Below are positions 16,584-24,972 of a stretch of DNA of 64,000 nt, piece by piece. The stretch is from an uncultured virus (IMG/VR IMGVR_UViG_3300048552_000127) (Duplodnaviria > Heunggongvirae > Uroviricota > Caudoviricetes). The position numbers and the translations under genes are program-made. The notes beneath the pieces were generated by a model that was not told the DNA's origin, did not search any database, and was given only the letters and a program-made list of their open reading frames with translations. Within the stretch, counting starts at the first letter, position 1. Each line of letters starts with the position of its first letter. The stretch is from IMG/VR virus record IMGVR_UViG_3300048552_000127. One strand, given 5' to 3'.

Positions 16584-16608
16584 CATACAACACAAACTCA
16601 TATACAAT
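16580..16608 (+). promoter_or_regulatory. sigma70 promoter
   Basis: TTGACA-N17-TACAAT. Confidence 0.7.
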
Positions 16609-16639
16609 AACCTCTCAATATAATTATTAGAGATACATT

Positions 16640-16873
16640 ATGAGCAACATGACTGAGATGGAAATGTGTACCACTTACAGACGTAAAAATGATCTATGTA
16701 CAATATCATGTAAATTAGGATTATGGTCTGTGAGTGGTAAGTGTGGGTTAGCATTAATCAATGAAGCAGATCATTATTTCAAGCAATATAAAGAAGATGG
16801 CGAGTATAGCAGTATTATTGGTGGTAAAAGTGCTAGTGAAGTGTTAAGTGAATTTTTAAATAGGGATAAATAA
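16640..16873 (+). CDS. Hypothetical protein
   Basis: 77 aa after the promoter. Confidence 0.65.
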   Translation: MSNMTEMEMCTTYRRKNDLCTISCKLGLWSVSGKCGLALINEADHYFKQYKEDGEYSSIIGGKSASEVLSEFLNRDK

Positions 16874-17029
16874 TGCTGGAAGATTCACAAAGTTATAGGA
16901 AAAAGACTCTCGGATGCTGGGTTTTGGGAATGAAGTGGTTTCGAGTACGTGAAGATACCTACTGGGAGTATTTAGAGTTGAAGAGTCAAGGTTCGCCCAA
17001 AACTTATTGGATTAAAAAGATGGAGTATT

Positions 17030-17239
17030 ATGGGAATGATTAGTGTAACACAATCAGAACAAACAGATGGTATAATCAAGACAACTACATTCTCTTCATC
17101 AGCAGAGGAAGCCTCAAAGTTGCTTAATTTCATGGTAGCTTATGAGTGTGGGATGCACAGAAAATCCCTAACACCTGATGAAGAGTTTTGGTATAGAAAC
17201 TACATGGGTATTTCTAATCCCATAGAAGGAAATAAATAA
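17030..17239 (+). CDS. Hypothetical protein
   Basis: 69 aa, GGAG RBS, coupled to the endolysin start. Confidence 0.6.
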   Translation: MGMISVTQSEQTDGIIKTTTFSSSAEEASKLLNFMVAYECGMHRKSLTPDEEFWYRNYMGISNPIEGNK

Positions 17240-17649
17240 TGTATAAATTAAGCAAACGTTCACTATCAAACTTAGAAGGTGTTCATCCAGACTTAGTATC
17301 TGTAATTAAACGTGCAATAGAAATATCTCCATTAGACTTCGGAGTTAGCGAAGGTGTACGTACAGTGGAACGCCAGAAAGAGTTAGTAGCCCAGGGCAAG
17401 TCTACTACAATGAATAGTAAGCACATACCTAGAAGTTTTAAAGATACTGGGGAGGAGTATGGAGCTGCTGTAGATTTATTCGTATTAGTAAATGGTGAAG
17501 TATCTTGGGAGCATAAAGAGTTTAGGAAAGTTATACAAGCCGTATTCACTGCTGCTATAGAGCTAGGCGTTCAAGTGGAAGCTGGAGCATTATGGAGAAC
17601 ATTCTTAGATTCTCCTCATATTCAATTAAATATGAAGTATTACGGATAA
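17239..17649 (+). CDS. Endolysin, M15 family L-Ala-D-Glu peptidase (T5 lysin-like)
   Basis: LSKRSLSNLEGVHPDL, EGVRTVERQKELV, SKH...AVD, DSPHIQL zinc-peptidase motifs. Confidence 0.9.
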   Translation: MYKLSKRSLSNLEGVHPDLVSVIKRAIEISPLDFGVSEGVRTVERQKELVAQGKSTTMNSKHIPRSFKDTGEEYGAAVDLFVLVNGEVSWEHKEFRKVIQAVFTAAIELGVQVEAGALWRTFLDSPHIQLNMKYYG

Positions 17650-17664
17650 AGTTTAGAAAAAGGT

Positions 17665-17693
17665 TTGACATAACCTGAACACTATGTTATTAT
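17665..17693 (+). promoter_or_regulatory. sigma70 promoter abutting cassette array 2
   Basis: TTGACA-N17-TATTAT; the first attC core starts at 17696. Confidence 0.78.
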
Positions 17694-17695
17694 GT

Positions 17696-17763
17696 ATTTA
17701 ACGTTGGTAACACAGGCGACTGAAGCGAAGCGGAAGTTGTCCTTGTGATTACCCTTGTTATAC
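17696..17763 (-). repeat. attC site
   Basis: Two internal substitutions relative to 9445-9512. Confidence 0.85.
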
Positions 17764-17794
17764 CCAATTAAATTAATTAAAAAAGGTAAAGGTT

Positions 17795-18115
17795 ATGGAC
17801 AAAAAAAGTGCAAGTAGTTTTATGGACACTGTAGATGAATTAGATCTTGTATCTAATACTATTAAAGAGTCAGCTAAGTCTTTAGTCTGGCTTAGTTTCT
17901 ACGATGAGTCCGATGTGCTTAAAGAACTTAAAAAGTTGGGCTACAGTAATTTCCCATCTGTCCACCAACTCTTGGATAGTAATGGAGGATTGGAAATCGC
18001 AGGAAGTACAATTACTGGTAAACTTACTGTAGGCAAGGCTAACCTCGCTAGTAAGGTTCTCGCCGCACTTAGGGCAAATGTCAGCACTATCGAGCCTACT
18101 TTGAAACTCGTCTAA
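17795..18115 (+). CDS. Cassette-borne hypothetical protein (antisense-overlapping)
   Basis: 106 aa, AAGG RBS; overlaps the minus-strand ORF by 234 bp. Confidence 0.5.
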   Translation: MDKKSASSFMDTVDELDLVSNTIKESAKSLVWLSFYDESDVLKELKKLGYSNFPSVHQLLDSNGGLEIAGSTITGKLTVGKANLASKVLAALRANVSTIEPTLKLV

Positions 18116-18187
18116 TCTGGATGACATTTCATCGAATTTTTTAAACTTTGCTTCCATGTCTTTGAAGCGTTGCTCTATATTAGTCAT
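17882..18187 (-). CDS. Cassette-borne coiled-coil/zinc-ribbon protein (canonical orientation)
   Basis: CPKC...CTSC motif, AAGGA RBS. Confidence 0.65.
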   Translation of the reverse strand: MTNIEQRFKDMEAKFKKFDEMSSRLDEFQSRLDSADICPKCGENLTSEVSLAYSKFTSNCTSCDFQSSITIQELVDRWEITVAQLFKFFKHIGLIVETKPD

Positions 18188-18275
18188 AATTTTATTCCTT
18201 GAAATAGGGGTTAAATAAATTAAGTAAATATTAACATAGTAAAATTAAATACAATGATTGTTTATTGTGTTTTGG

Positions 18276-18336
18276 GTATAACCATTTAATAAACGAGCGA
18301 GCGGATGCGAAGTCCGCTTTAATTACGTTGTTATAA
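18276..18336 (-). repeat. attC site
   Basis: GTATAAC...TAATAAA...TTTAATTA CGTT GTTATAA. Confidence 0.7.
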
Positions 18337-18353
18337 CTTTACGGAGTTTTAAA

Positions 18354-18548
18354 ATGAGCAGTTTTCCGCAGCATGTAAAAAATATTTCAGATTTAGGTAC
18401 TATGGGCTTCGATGTTTCTGGCTGCTTAGAAGAAGATGGACAGGTTAGTATGGACTCGTGGAGTAATGATGACCTAGTAGATACTTTTTCTGAGGTTATT
18501 GATATTTTAAAGAGGCAAGGTTTCGAGGTAATGAAGCCTAAAGCCTAG
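18354..18548 (+). CDS. Cassette-borne hypothetical acidic protein
   Basis: 64 aa, GGAG RBS, fills the cassette. Confidence 0.7.
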   Translation: MSSFPQHVKNISDLGTMGFDVSGCLEEDGQVSMDSWSNDDLVDTFSEVIDILKRQGFEVMKPKA

Positions 18549-18557
18549 ATGAAGTTT

Positions 18558-18617
18558 TTATAACCACCAAATAAGTGGCTACGCTTTTTGTAGTACACTT
18601 AATCTAATTTGTTATAA
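18558..18617 (-). repeat. attC site
   Basis: TTATAACCACCAAATAAG..CTACGCTTTTTGTAGT..CTT...GTTATAA; same family as 11740-11799. Confidence 0.82.
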
Positions 18618-18744
18618 ATATTAATTAAATAAGGAATGTTATGAACAATAAAGAAATATACAGTATACTCTTAGAGATTAAAACTAAGATGATAAATATA
18701 CATAAACAATTAGAAGATAATAGGAAGATTAATGAGGGTGAGGT

Positions 18745-18927
18745 ATGAAACTACCCCTCCGAAACAACTTATATTGGATAATCAAGATTCAACGGAATAA
18801 TCCCGCGAATCTTTTTGCTATGTATAGTCCTCCCAGATTCCTAGCTGGAAATAAGATAAGATCATTTGAAGCATACCCTTGTAACAGATGGTGTAGTGGG
18901 TATATAAGTAGATTACCATACAGATAA
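18745..18927 (+). CDS. Hypothetical basic protein
   Basis: 60 aa, GAGG RBS. Confidence 0.5.
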   Translation: MKLPLRNNLYWIIKIQRNNPANLFAMYSPPRFLAGNKIRSFEAYPCNRWCSGYISRLPYR

Positions 18928-18960
18928 TAACAATAAAAATAAATAATAAGGAATAATAAT

Positions 18961-19218
18961 ATGCCAAGTTTAATATCAGGCGCACAAAGAGAAATGGAAT
19001 TTAGGAATTCATACAAAGAAGTAATTGCTAATCATGGCAAAGACTCTAAAGAATATAATACAATGTTAAAGAAGTATAATGCAGAAGTGGATTACTACCC
19101 TAAGATTAAGAAACATGAGGTGTATCTTCCCAGTATGAAAATACCTGATAGTAGGACTAATACACAATCAGTTATGTTCTTTTTAGAGGATAAATCGTGC
19201 GGGTGGGGGAGTGGTTGA
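18961..19218 (+). CDS. Hypothetical protein
   Basis: 85 aa, AAGGA RBS. Confidence 0.65.
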   Translation: MPSLISGAQREMEFRNSYKEVIANHGKDSKEYNTMLKKYNAEVDYYPKIKKHEVYLPSMKIPDSRTNTQSVMFFLEDKSCGWGSG

Positions 19219-19219
19219 T

Positions 19220-19363
19220 ATGAACGGTAAAGGTGATAAGTATAGACCATTTGACAAAGATAAGTTCAGCGAAGGTTATGATTTAATATTTAATAGTAAG
19301 CCTGTAGTAGAAGAAATTCAACTTGACTTACTAGAGGATTTAGAAGAAGAGGAATCTACTTAG
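19220..19363 (+). CDS. Small phage protein (47 aa, not in ORF track)
   Basis: MNGKGDKYRPFDKDKFSEGYDLIF..., a GKG-x-x-x-RP pattern I recall from small phage ORFs. Confidence 0.55.
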   Translation: MNGKGDKYRPFDKDKFSEGYDLIFNSKPVVEEIQLDLLEDLEEEEST

Positions 19364-19673
19364 ATTCCTTTATACGTTTAACTACATCTAAGTATTCATT
19401 GTATAGCTCTTCTGTAGTTTCATATACACCATCACGTAGTTGAGCTGTAAACTTACTACTTGTTACTTTTCTAACGTATGTATATTGATTTACAGCACCG
19501 TACTCATCAAGTACTACTACAGGGTAGTCAACAGTTGCCACATCTGTATCTTCAGGGTAGTCCCCTATAAAAGATGAACAGTCTGCTAAGAATGTAGCAT
19601 ACCTTAAAGTAGAGAAATCCTCATAATCACTCACTTCTACCACTTCCCCTGTTTTAAATTCCACTTTACTCAT
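19356..19673 (-). CDS. Hypothetical protein
   Basis: 105 aa; promoter TTGACA-N17-TATAAT at 19708-19736 on the minus strand. Confidence 0.7.
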   Translation of the reverse strand: MSKVEFKTGEVVEVSDYEDFSTLRYATFLADCSSFIGDYPEDTDVATVDYPVVVLDEYGAVNQYTYVRKVTSSKFTAQLRDGVYETTEELYNEYLDVVKRIKESK

Positions 19674-19736
19674 AATATATTCTCTCTTAATTGTTTAATT
19701 AGGTTGTATTATAATGTCTGTTATAGGGGATGTCAA

Positions 19737-20072
19737 CTATGTTTCTACAGTGATAATAGTATTATTTCTCACCACTGCCTTACCTCCTCCGTCAATAGGA
19801 TACTTACCATTCCCCATATTACCAATCATAGTCTTAACTGTATTAGTTAATACTCTCTCCTTGATAGCTTCCATATCTACTCCCATCACTCTCTCCATAT
19901 AACGAAGAATAGCGTGTTCAGAGATAATAATATCCTTATCTTTTAATTGATTAATCTGGTTGTTTACACTAGCTAATTGAGATGTATATTTATTAAGCTC
20001 AGATTTAGCATCCTCTAATGTCAACTTACTATCAGCAATAGTGGATTCTAATTTAGCCTTTCTAGTTTGCAA
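19737..20072 (-). CDS. Coiled-coil protein with ISEHAILRY motif
   Basis: 111 aa; frame stays open up to an ATA at 20103-20105 that sits behind an RBS. Confidence 0.65.
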   Translation of the reverse strand: MQTRKAKLESTIADSKLTLEDAKSELNKYTSQLASVNNQINQLKDKDIIISEHAILRYMERVMGVDMEAIKERVLTNTVKTMIGNMGNGKYPIDGGGKAVVRNNTIITVET

Positions 20073-20114
20073 CTGTTTTAATGTTTGACTATTTTTAGCA
20101 CTTATTATATTCTC

Positions 20115-20501
20115 TTAGTTAATCTTCTTTCTAACTTTCTTACCTAATAGTAAGTTGGCTATTTGTTTGAATGTGAAGCCTCTCGCATCATTTAGTTTAT
20201 CAAGGCCGTTACCACACTTAGTACGTACCTCTTCTAAAAGTAAACCACTAAAAGTCACATGCCCCAATAATGCAGAGGGTAATTCTACGTCACCTAAAAC
20301 CTCAGTAGACTTATTGTTAATAACCTTCTCAGCAACGCCTAGACAACAATAGGCACACTCTCTTGGGTTGTATAGCACACTTCCCGTCTGTTTATACTCT
20401 CCAGATTGCAAAGCCTCCACCTATTTAGCTAGTCTCACTGGTGACTTATTTAGTTTATCTAAGTGTTCTTGTCTTAATTGATATGTTCTCATGTTACTCA
20501 T
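20115..20501 (-). pseudogene. Phage protein with an in-frame amber stop
   Basis: ATG at 20499-20501 with RBS; reads ...RLAK*VEALQSGEYKQ...YCCLGV with TAG at 20421-20423 where Trp (TGG) is expected. Confidence 0.55.
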
Positions 20502-20531
20502 TTGGCTGTTCCTCTTTGATTTGATTATTGA

Positions 20532-21122
20532 TTAATACCTCTTAAATACTCTTACTATTCTACTCCACAAAGACAGGTTTTGCAAAGTGTTTAATTCATC
20601 TTGTATTTTACTATTATCTATGACCAGTTTATTTTTATACCTACGGACTCTTTCAACTGTATGTCTCAGAGAAGTTACCTCACACTCTAAGTCACTCACA
20701 TAATCTACACTCCAACCTAACACATCATGTACACCCTTAGATAAACCTATAACACTGTCTTGGTAATTCTCTGCATACACCACTCCATTATGATCTGGAC
20801 TCTGTATGCGCCATTCTTTGTTTTCTTTATAGTAGTCTATATTATGTGCATCTACTATTGCTCTCTTATTTCTCTGTATGATACGGTTGAGTTTAATCTG
20901 TTCTCCTATTTTAGCTGTAGTAGAATTACCCTCAAAGCCTCTATCGTAAGGTATATAATCTACGTTGTACTTACTATTATCACATAATGTATATAATGAT
21001 CTCTCATCTGGTACAGTTATAGTCTTTGCATCTATTAGTATTATTGCCATTTGTGTAATCCTCTTAATTAATTTACAACTATAATACACACAATATGTAC
21101 TATTGTCGATTATTGCATCCAA
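20532..21122 (-). CDS. Hypothetical protein with C-terminal coiled coil
   Basis: 196 aa ORF; true start probably at the internal MAIILID. Confidence 0.65.
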   Translation of the reverse strand: MDAIIDNSTYCVYYSCKLIKRITQMAIILIDAKTITVPDERSLYTLCDNSKYNVDYIPYDRGFEGNSTTAKIGEQIKLNRIIQRNKRAIVDAHNIDYYKENKEWRIQSPDHNGVVYAENYQDSVIGLSKGVHDVLGWSVDYVSDLECEVTSLRHTVERVRRYKNKLVIDNSKIQDELNTLQNLSLWSRIVRVFKRY

Positions 21123-21850
21123 CCTTTATTTATATTTCCTTCTAAATCACAAGTTATGTAATTGTCCATAGTAGAGAAATCTCCATCCTCCCCCGATTGC
21201 CATTCGGATGTAAGTTTACATTGTTTACTCTTTAACCCTAATGCCTCCCATTTACTCATAGAGAATAGTAATCCCTCATTAGTACCATCCTCCATAAACC
21301 CAATTAGGCACTTCTGCATGAACTTAGTAGCCCCTGTCCAATAAGACTCGTTGGCATCTGTATCTGATAGTTTATACCTTTCCGCTAATATCTTAGACAT
21401 ACTTACACTCCACTTCTGTAACCAAGCCTGTAGAGGTTTATCATTACCATTGCAATATTCATATATAGCCACACCTGATTCAGATGTATACTTTGAATAC
21501 TTCTCTAATGTAGTGTGATCTGCTTTAGTATCAAAGTCATACATATAGGCTAAGTTAAATACTCCGCAGTACATGGGGTTGCCATCTCTGAATATAACCT
21601 TTGCAGACCCTTTAGGTGTCCCTAAGAAATACTTAGCTACTAATGTATGTACAAAAGGGTAGAACACTTTACCAGACGATAACCTCCTATCTATCATTAC
21701 TCTTAATCTAGTCTCACTGCTACCCTTCTTACAGTACACTTGCGGCTTTAGTATACGCTGACCTCTACTTGTAACACTCTTGACATTGCCGAAGTTACTT
21801 ACAAATGCACCTTCAATCTCATCTAACTTCTTCCAGATTTCTTTACTCAT
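21110..21850 (-). CDS. NUMOD4/HNH-derived protein with helical C-terminal domain
   Basis: EIWK...VSNFGNVKS (NUMOD4), VHTLVAKYFL, degenerate VIFRDGN...NL. Confidence 0.65.
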   Translation of the reverse strand: MSKEIWKKLDEIEGAFVSNFGNVKSVTSRGQRILKPQVYCKKGSSETRLRVMIDRRLSSGKVFYPFVHTLVAKYFLGTPKGSAKVIFRDGNPMYCGVFNLAYMYDFDTKADHTTLEKYSKYTSESGVAIYEYCNGNDKPLQAWLQKWSVSMSKILAERYKLSDTDANESYWTGATKFMQKCLIGFMEDGTNEGLLFSMSKWEALGLKSKQCKLTSEWQSGEDGDFSTMDNYITCDLEGNINKGWMQ

Positions 21851-21954
21851 AATAGACCCCTTTAATTAATTTATGAGGTTATCTTATATGTAATTTATAT
21901 CATTGTCAATTATTATTTGTCCGAAATAACCCCTCCTTTTTAAGACACGTAGGA

Positions 21955-22040
21955 GCTAATATAAGCCATTCTAAGAGCCGTTTATTTGGATATTAGCGAC
22001 CCTGTAGGGTAGTACCAGTTGAAGTTAAAACGCTCTCAGG
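21955..22040 (+). repeat. Tripartite dispersed repeat, copy 1
   Basis: AATATAAGCCATTCTAAG..ACCCTGTAGGGTA..AAAACGCTCTCAG. Confidence 0.85.
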
Positions 22041-22300
22041 GTGACTATTTGACCTCTTCTCGAAGGGTTATAGTATAGGTCTTATATAGAATAAATCACT
22101 ATAAAATTAACAGGATTTTCAGGACAACAGGAGGGAAAGTTATACATTACAGATAAGTTAGCAGATGCTTACTGTAGAAATACTATAAATAAAGGGTGAG
22201 TTACACACTTAAAGGGGGGAAATGTAATCAACAGAGTATAAAATTAGGGGTAAAACACCCTGTTAATTACATTTAATTCGATTTATTTTTACTAAAACAC

Positions 22301-22330
22301 TTGACAAGGCGTTCCACGTGGAACTATTCT
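22301..22330 (+). promoter_or_regulatory. Promoter-like sequence with a parS-like palindrome in the spacer
   Basis: TTGACA-AGGC-GTTCCACGTGGAAC-TATTCT. Confidence 0.65.
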
Positions 22331-22355
22331 CTCATCTCTAATTTATTAAATATTG

Positions 22356-22430
22356 AATATAAGCCATTCTAAGCCACCCTAATAAGTGACCCAGTAGGGT
22401 AGTACAGGGTAGGCACTAAAAAGGCCGTCA
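22356..22430 (+). repeat. Tripartite dispersed repeat, copy 2
   Basis: AATATAAGCCATTCTAAG..ACCCAGTAGGGTAGTACAGGGTAG. Confidence 0.75.
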
Positions 22431-22585
22431 CGGGCTTGTATGGAGCTTCTAGGGCTATGTTTATGTAGCACCTCTGCCCTAATCTTATTAACTACCATAA
22501 TTATCGTAAATCCTCATAAAAAATTAAAATAGAAGTGTGTATATTAGCATATACAATAGTGTATGTCAACCCAAAATACTGATAA

Positions 22586-22861
22586 TTACTGTGAAAACCT
22601 ATCTAACTCTTCCTCTAAGAAATGACACCTATCATACCAATTACTAAGATGAGAGTTCATATCGTAGTAACTTATACTGGGAGGCACTGGGCTACAATCC
22701 TCCATATACCTCTTCAATACTTCCTTACTTGATGTTCTAATACTGGGCATATTAGCTAAGAATACACAATTTGGACACTTTGATGGCATATTTATTCTCC
22801 TTATATTAAATAAAATTAAAATCTGATACCCTATTTTAGCATATTCAGTCAGGCAGATCAA
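22586..22861 (-). CDS. Hypothetical protein (CxxC)
   Basis: Likely start at the internal MPSKCPNC after an AAGGAG RBS. Confidence 0.55.
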   Translation of the reverse strand: MICLTEYAKIGYQILILFNIRRINMPSKCPNCVFLANMPSIRTSSKEVLKRYMEDCSPVPPSISYYDMNSHLSNWYDRCHFLEEELDRFSQ

Positions 22862-23100
22862 CTCTGAAATACTGATAATTATGTTCCTCGTTGCTTAACA
22901 CGAACTAATGACCCCTCCAGAATCCCTTTATAAATTTAAAATACTAGCCTATAATACTCCCTAACCTCCTATAAGTCAATAATTATCTTAGATCATTTTC
23001 ATCTATTAATCCTCTAATAAAAGCTATTTTAGTTATATATCCCCATGCTTATCCCTGCCTATAATCAATACACCCTCTATATGGCGTTTTAAGGCTGTTA

Positions 23101-23186
23101 TTAGAGCGATTCAGCCCCTACCCCTACCTACCCTACTGGGTACTATAATTAGCTGTTTAGAGTCGCTTAGAATGGCTTATATTAGC
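23101..23186 (-). repeat. Tripartite dispersed repeat, copy 3
   Basis: TTAGAGC..TACCCTACTGGGTA-N23-CTTAGAATGGCTTATATTAGC. Confidence 0.85.
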
Positions 23187-23359
23187 TTGTATGGTTTAGG
23201 TGTTATTAGAGTAGTTCAGACGTTTACGCCATGCAACACTATCATCGTGTATTATATGCGAGACAATGGGGCTGTTAATGGTTGATATACTGACCATTAA
23301 ACCACTATTATAGACTTAATGGTTGGTATGTGGATCATTATTATATTTATTATAGACGT

Positions 23360-23388
23360 AAAAAAGCCCATTGGTATTAGCAATGGGT
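23360..23388 (-). terminator. Intrinsic terminator ending the leftward small-gene operon
   Basis: CCCATTG...CAATGGG stem followed by a T-run on the minus strand. Confidence 0.75.
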
Positions 23389-23629
23389 AAAGGTGATTGT
23401 ATTATTAACTATCTACTAGGTTCATTTTTTACCTACACTGAATAATTATAAGCATTCAACTATAGAATGTTTATACCTCCTGCTAACTTTAATAGCATCT
23501 TCATAAGATGTAAATTTAATAGCGTCATAATGTACATAAGATATAAACCCTCTATTACAATAAAACTTACCCGCAATGTTTAAAACATAGTAACTCATAT
23601 TATCCACCTGTCTAGTATTGTGTGTTTAA

Positions 23630-23860
23630 TTAATCGACCAAGTACATAGTAATAGCTGTATTATAGCCATATAGTGTACGGTGGGTCATTGTTACAAGTT
23701 TATCTTCATAGTTAGTCAATCCATAACCTAGCATATTATCAACACCTGTTCGATATGTAGTCCCGTTTAACTCAAATGTATAACGAGGATTACCATTAGC
23801 ACTTGATTTTAAGCGTTGAATGTTTGTTACTGTGCCCGTTGTGTGGTTGTTAGTAGTCAT
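23630..23860 (-). CDS. Hypothetical early-type protein
   Basis: 76 aa, own promoter/RBS module, RLKSSANGNPRY motif. Confidence 0.7.
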   Translation of the reverse strand: MTTNNHTTGTVTNIQRLKSSANGNPRYTFELNGTTYRTGVDNMLGYGLTNYEDKLVTMTHRTLYGYNTAITMYLVD

Positions 23861-23951
23861 GTTATCACCTATTTAATTAATTGAGTTTTATTGTATCATT
23901 GTTTTATCGTGCTTGTCTAGTGTTATTACTGCCATATATCTAGTTTTTTAG

Positions 23952-24224
23952 TTATATATAGTTTATAGTGTGATTGTTAGTATACTCTTTTAGATCTTCG
24001 TTGTCTATATAGTCTATAGTGCAACCACTTAATTTGCTAGTTGTATGGTATATAGCGTCTTCGTCATCGCCGTAGTATTTTCTAAAGTTTAAACCTGTAT
24101 ATTTTGCCAGTTTACCTATAGCACCTTGTATAGTATTAGCGGCTATTGCATATCGTGTTACATAACTGCAGTTTAGTTCACCACAAAAAAGATCAGTTAA
24201 TTCTACAATATATTGATTTTGCAT
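23952..24224 (-). CDS. Hypothetical early-type protein
   Basis: 90 aa, own promoter/RBS module, TDLFCGELNCSYV motif. Confidence 0.7.
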   Translation of the reverse strand: MQNQYIVELTDLFCGELNCSYVTRYAIAANTIQGAIGKLAKYTGLNFRKYYGDDEDAIYHTTSKLSGCTIDYIDNEDLKEYTNNHTINYI

Positions 24225-24280
24225 GTTATCACCTTATCTATTAATTGAGTTTTATTATATCATTGTTCGATTGTGCTTGT

Positions 24281-24475
24281 CTAGCTATATTTGCTAATAA
24301 ACAAACTTAGATTGTATATACTATTATCACTGCCCGCATTATATAAAGCAGTGTAAGCGCAACCATGCCTGCTGTCTTTACGCTCATAAAGTGCTAACAC
24401 TATAGATTGAGCTTGTGCATATAATTCTACCTTTAACTTTTCTGCCATTATCCGCATCTCGGTTGCTGTCTTCAT
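24281..24475 (-). CDS. Hypothetical protein
   Basis: 64 aa. Confidence 0.55.
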   Translation of the reverse strand: MKTATEMRIMAEKLKVELYAQAQSIVLALYERKDSRHGCAYTALYNAGSDNSIYNLSLFISKYS

Positions 24476-24630
24476 AATAACTTGTCTCTTAATTACCCTC
24501 TTTAATCTCTTGAATCTGCTCTATAGCTGCTTTAATTGTAGCCTCTAACTCCTCAATCTTAATCTGTTGCGTTGATTTAATGGGGCGTTCTAAACGGTTG
24601 AACATTTCTAAGATTACCTACAAGCCCCTG

Positions 24631-24705
24631 TAAGCCATTCTAAGCGAGGGTAATATTAGCCCCTACCTACCCTACAGGGTATAGGCTGAAAAGCTCTTAG
24701 AATGG
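24631..24705 (+). repeat. Tripartite dispersed repeat, copy 4 (symmetric arms)
   Basis: TAAGCCATTCTAAG-N23-TACCCTACAGGGTA..CTTAGAATGG. Confidence 0.85.
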
Positions 24706-24741
24706 AATGAGAGGCCATATAGAGCTATGTTTATATAAGGT

Positions 24742-24972
24742 TTAGAGCATATCTTCTAAGTCATCATTACTAAACTGGTAATACTTAGCTTTGTCCAATA
24801 ATCTACCTAGTTCTAATAATTCTAAGTGTCCACCATAACACATAGTCCAACCATTGCACAATAAATAATCTAAGTATTCCTCTTCTTTCTTATCGAATAG
24901 TAATAATTCATTAGATACAGCATCACGATAGTTTAATACTATTGCGATCTCTTCTTGTACAGCTAAGAACAT
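24742..24972 (-). CDS. Hypothetical acidic protein
   Basis: 76 aa, AGGGG RBS. Confidence 0.6.
   Translation of the reverse strand: MFLAVQEEIAIVLNYRDAVSNELLLFDKKEEEYLDYLLCNGWTMCYGGHLELLELGRLLDKAKYYQFSNDDLEDML

Larger units (their letters stand above)
17696..18617 (-). mobile_element. Integron-type gene cassette array 2
   Basis: Three attC-like sites; cassette ends GTTATACCCAA / TTGGGTATAAC and GTTATAA / TTATAAC are complementary. Confidence 0.85.

Noticed and set aside
9445..18617. Reading the attC-like hairpins as simple intrinsic terminators
   Set aside because: They lack U-tracts after the stem, carry AAC/GTT cores and one-sided bulges, and the cargo ends are mutually complementary
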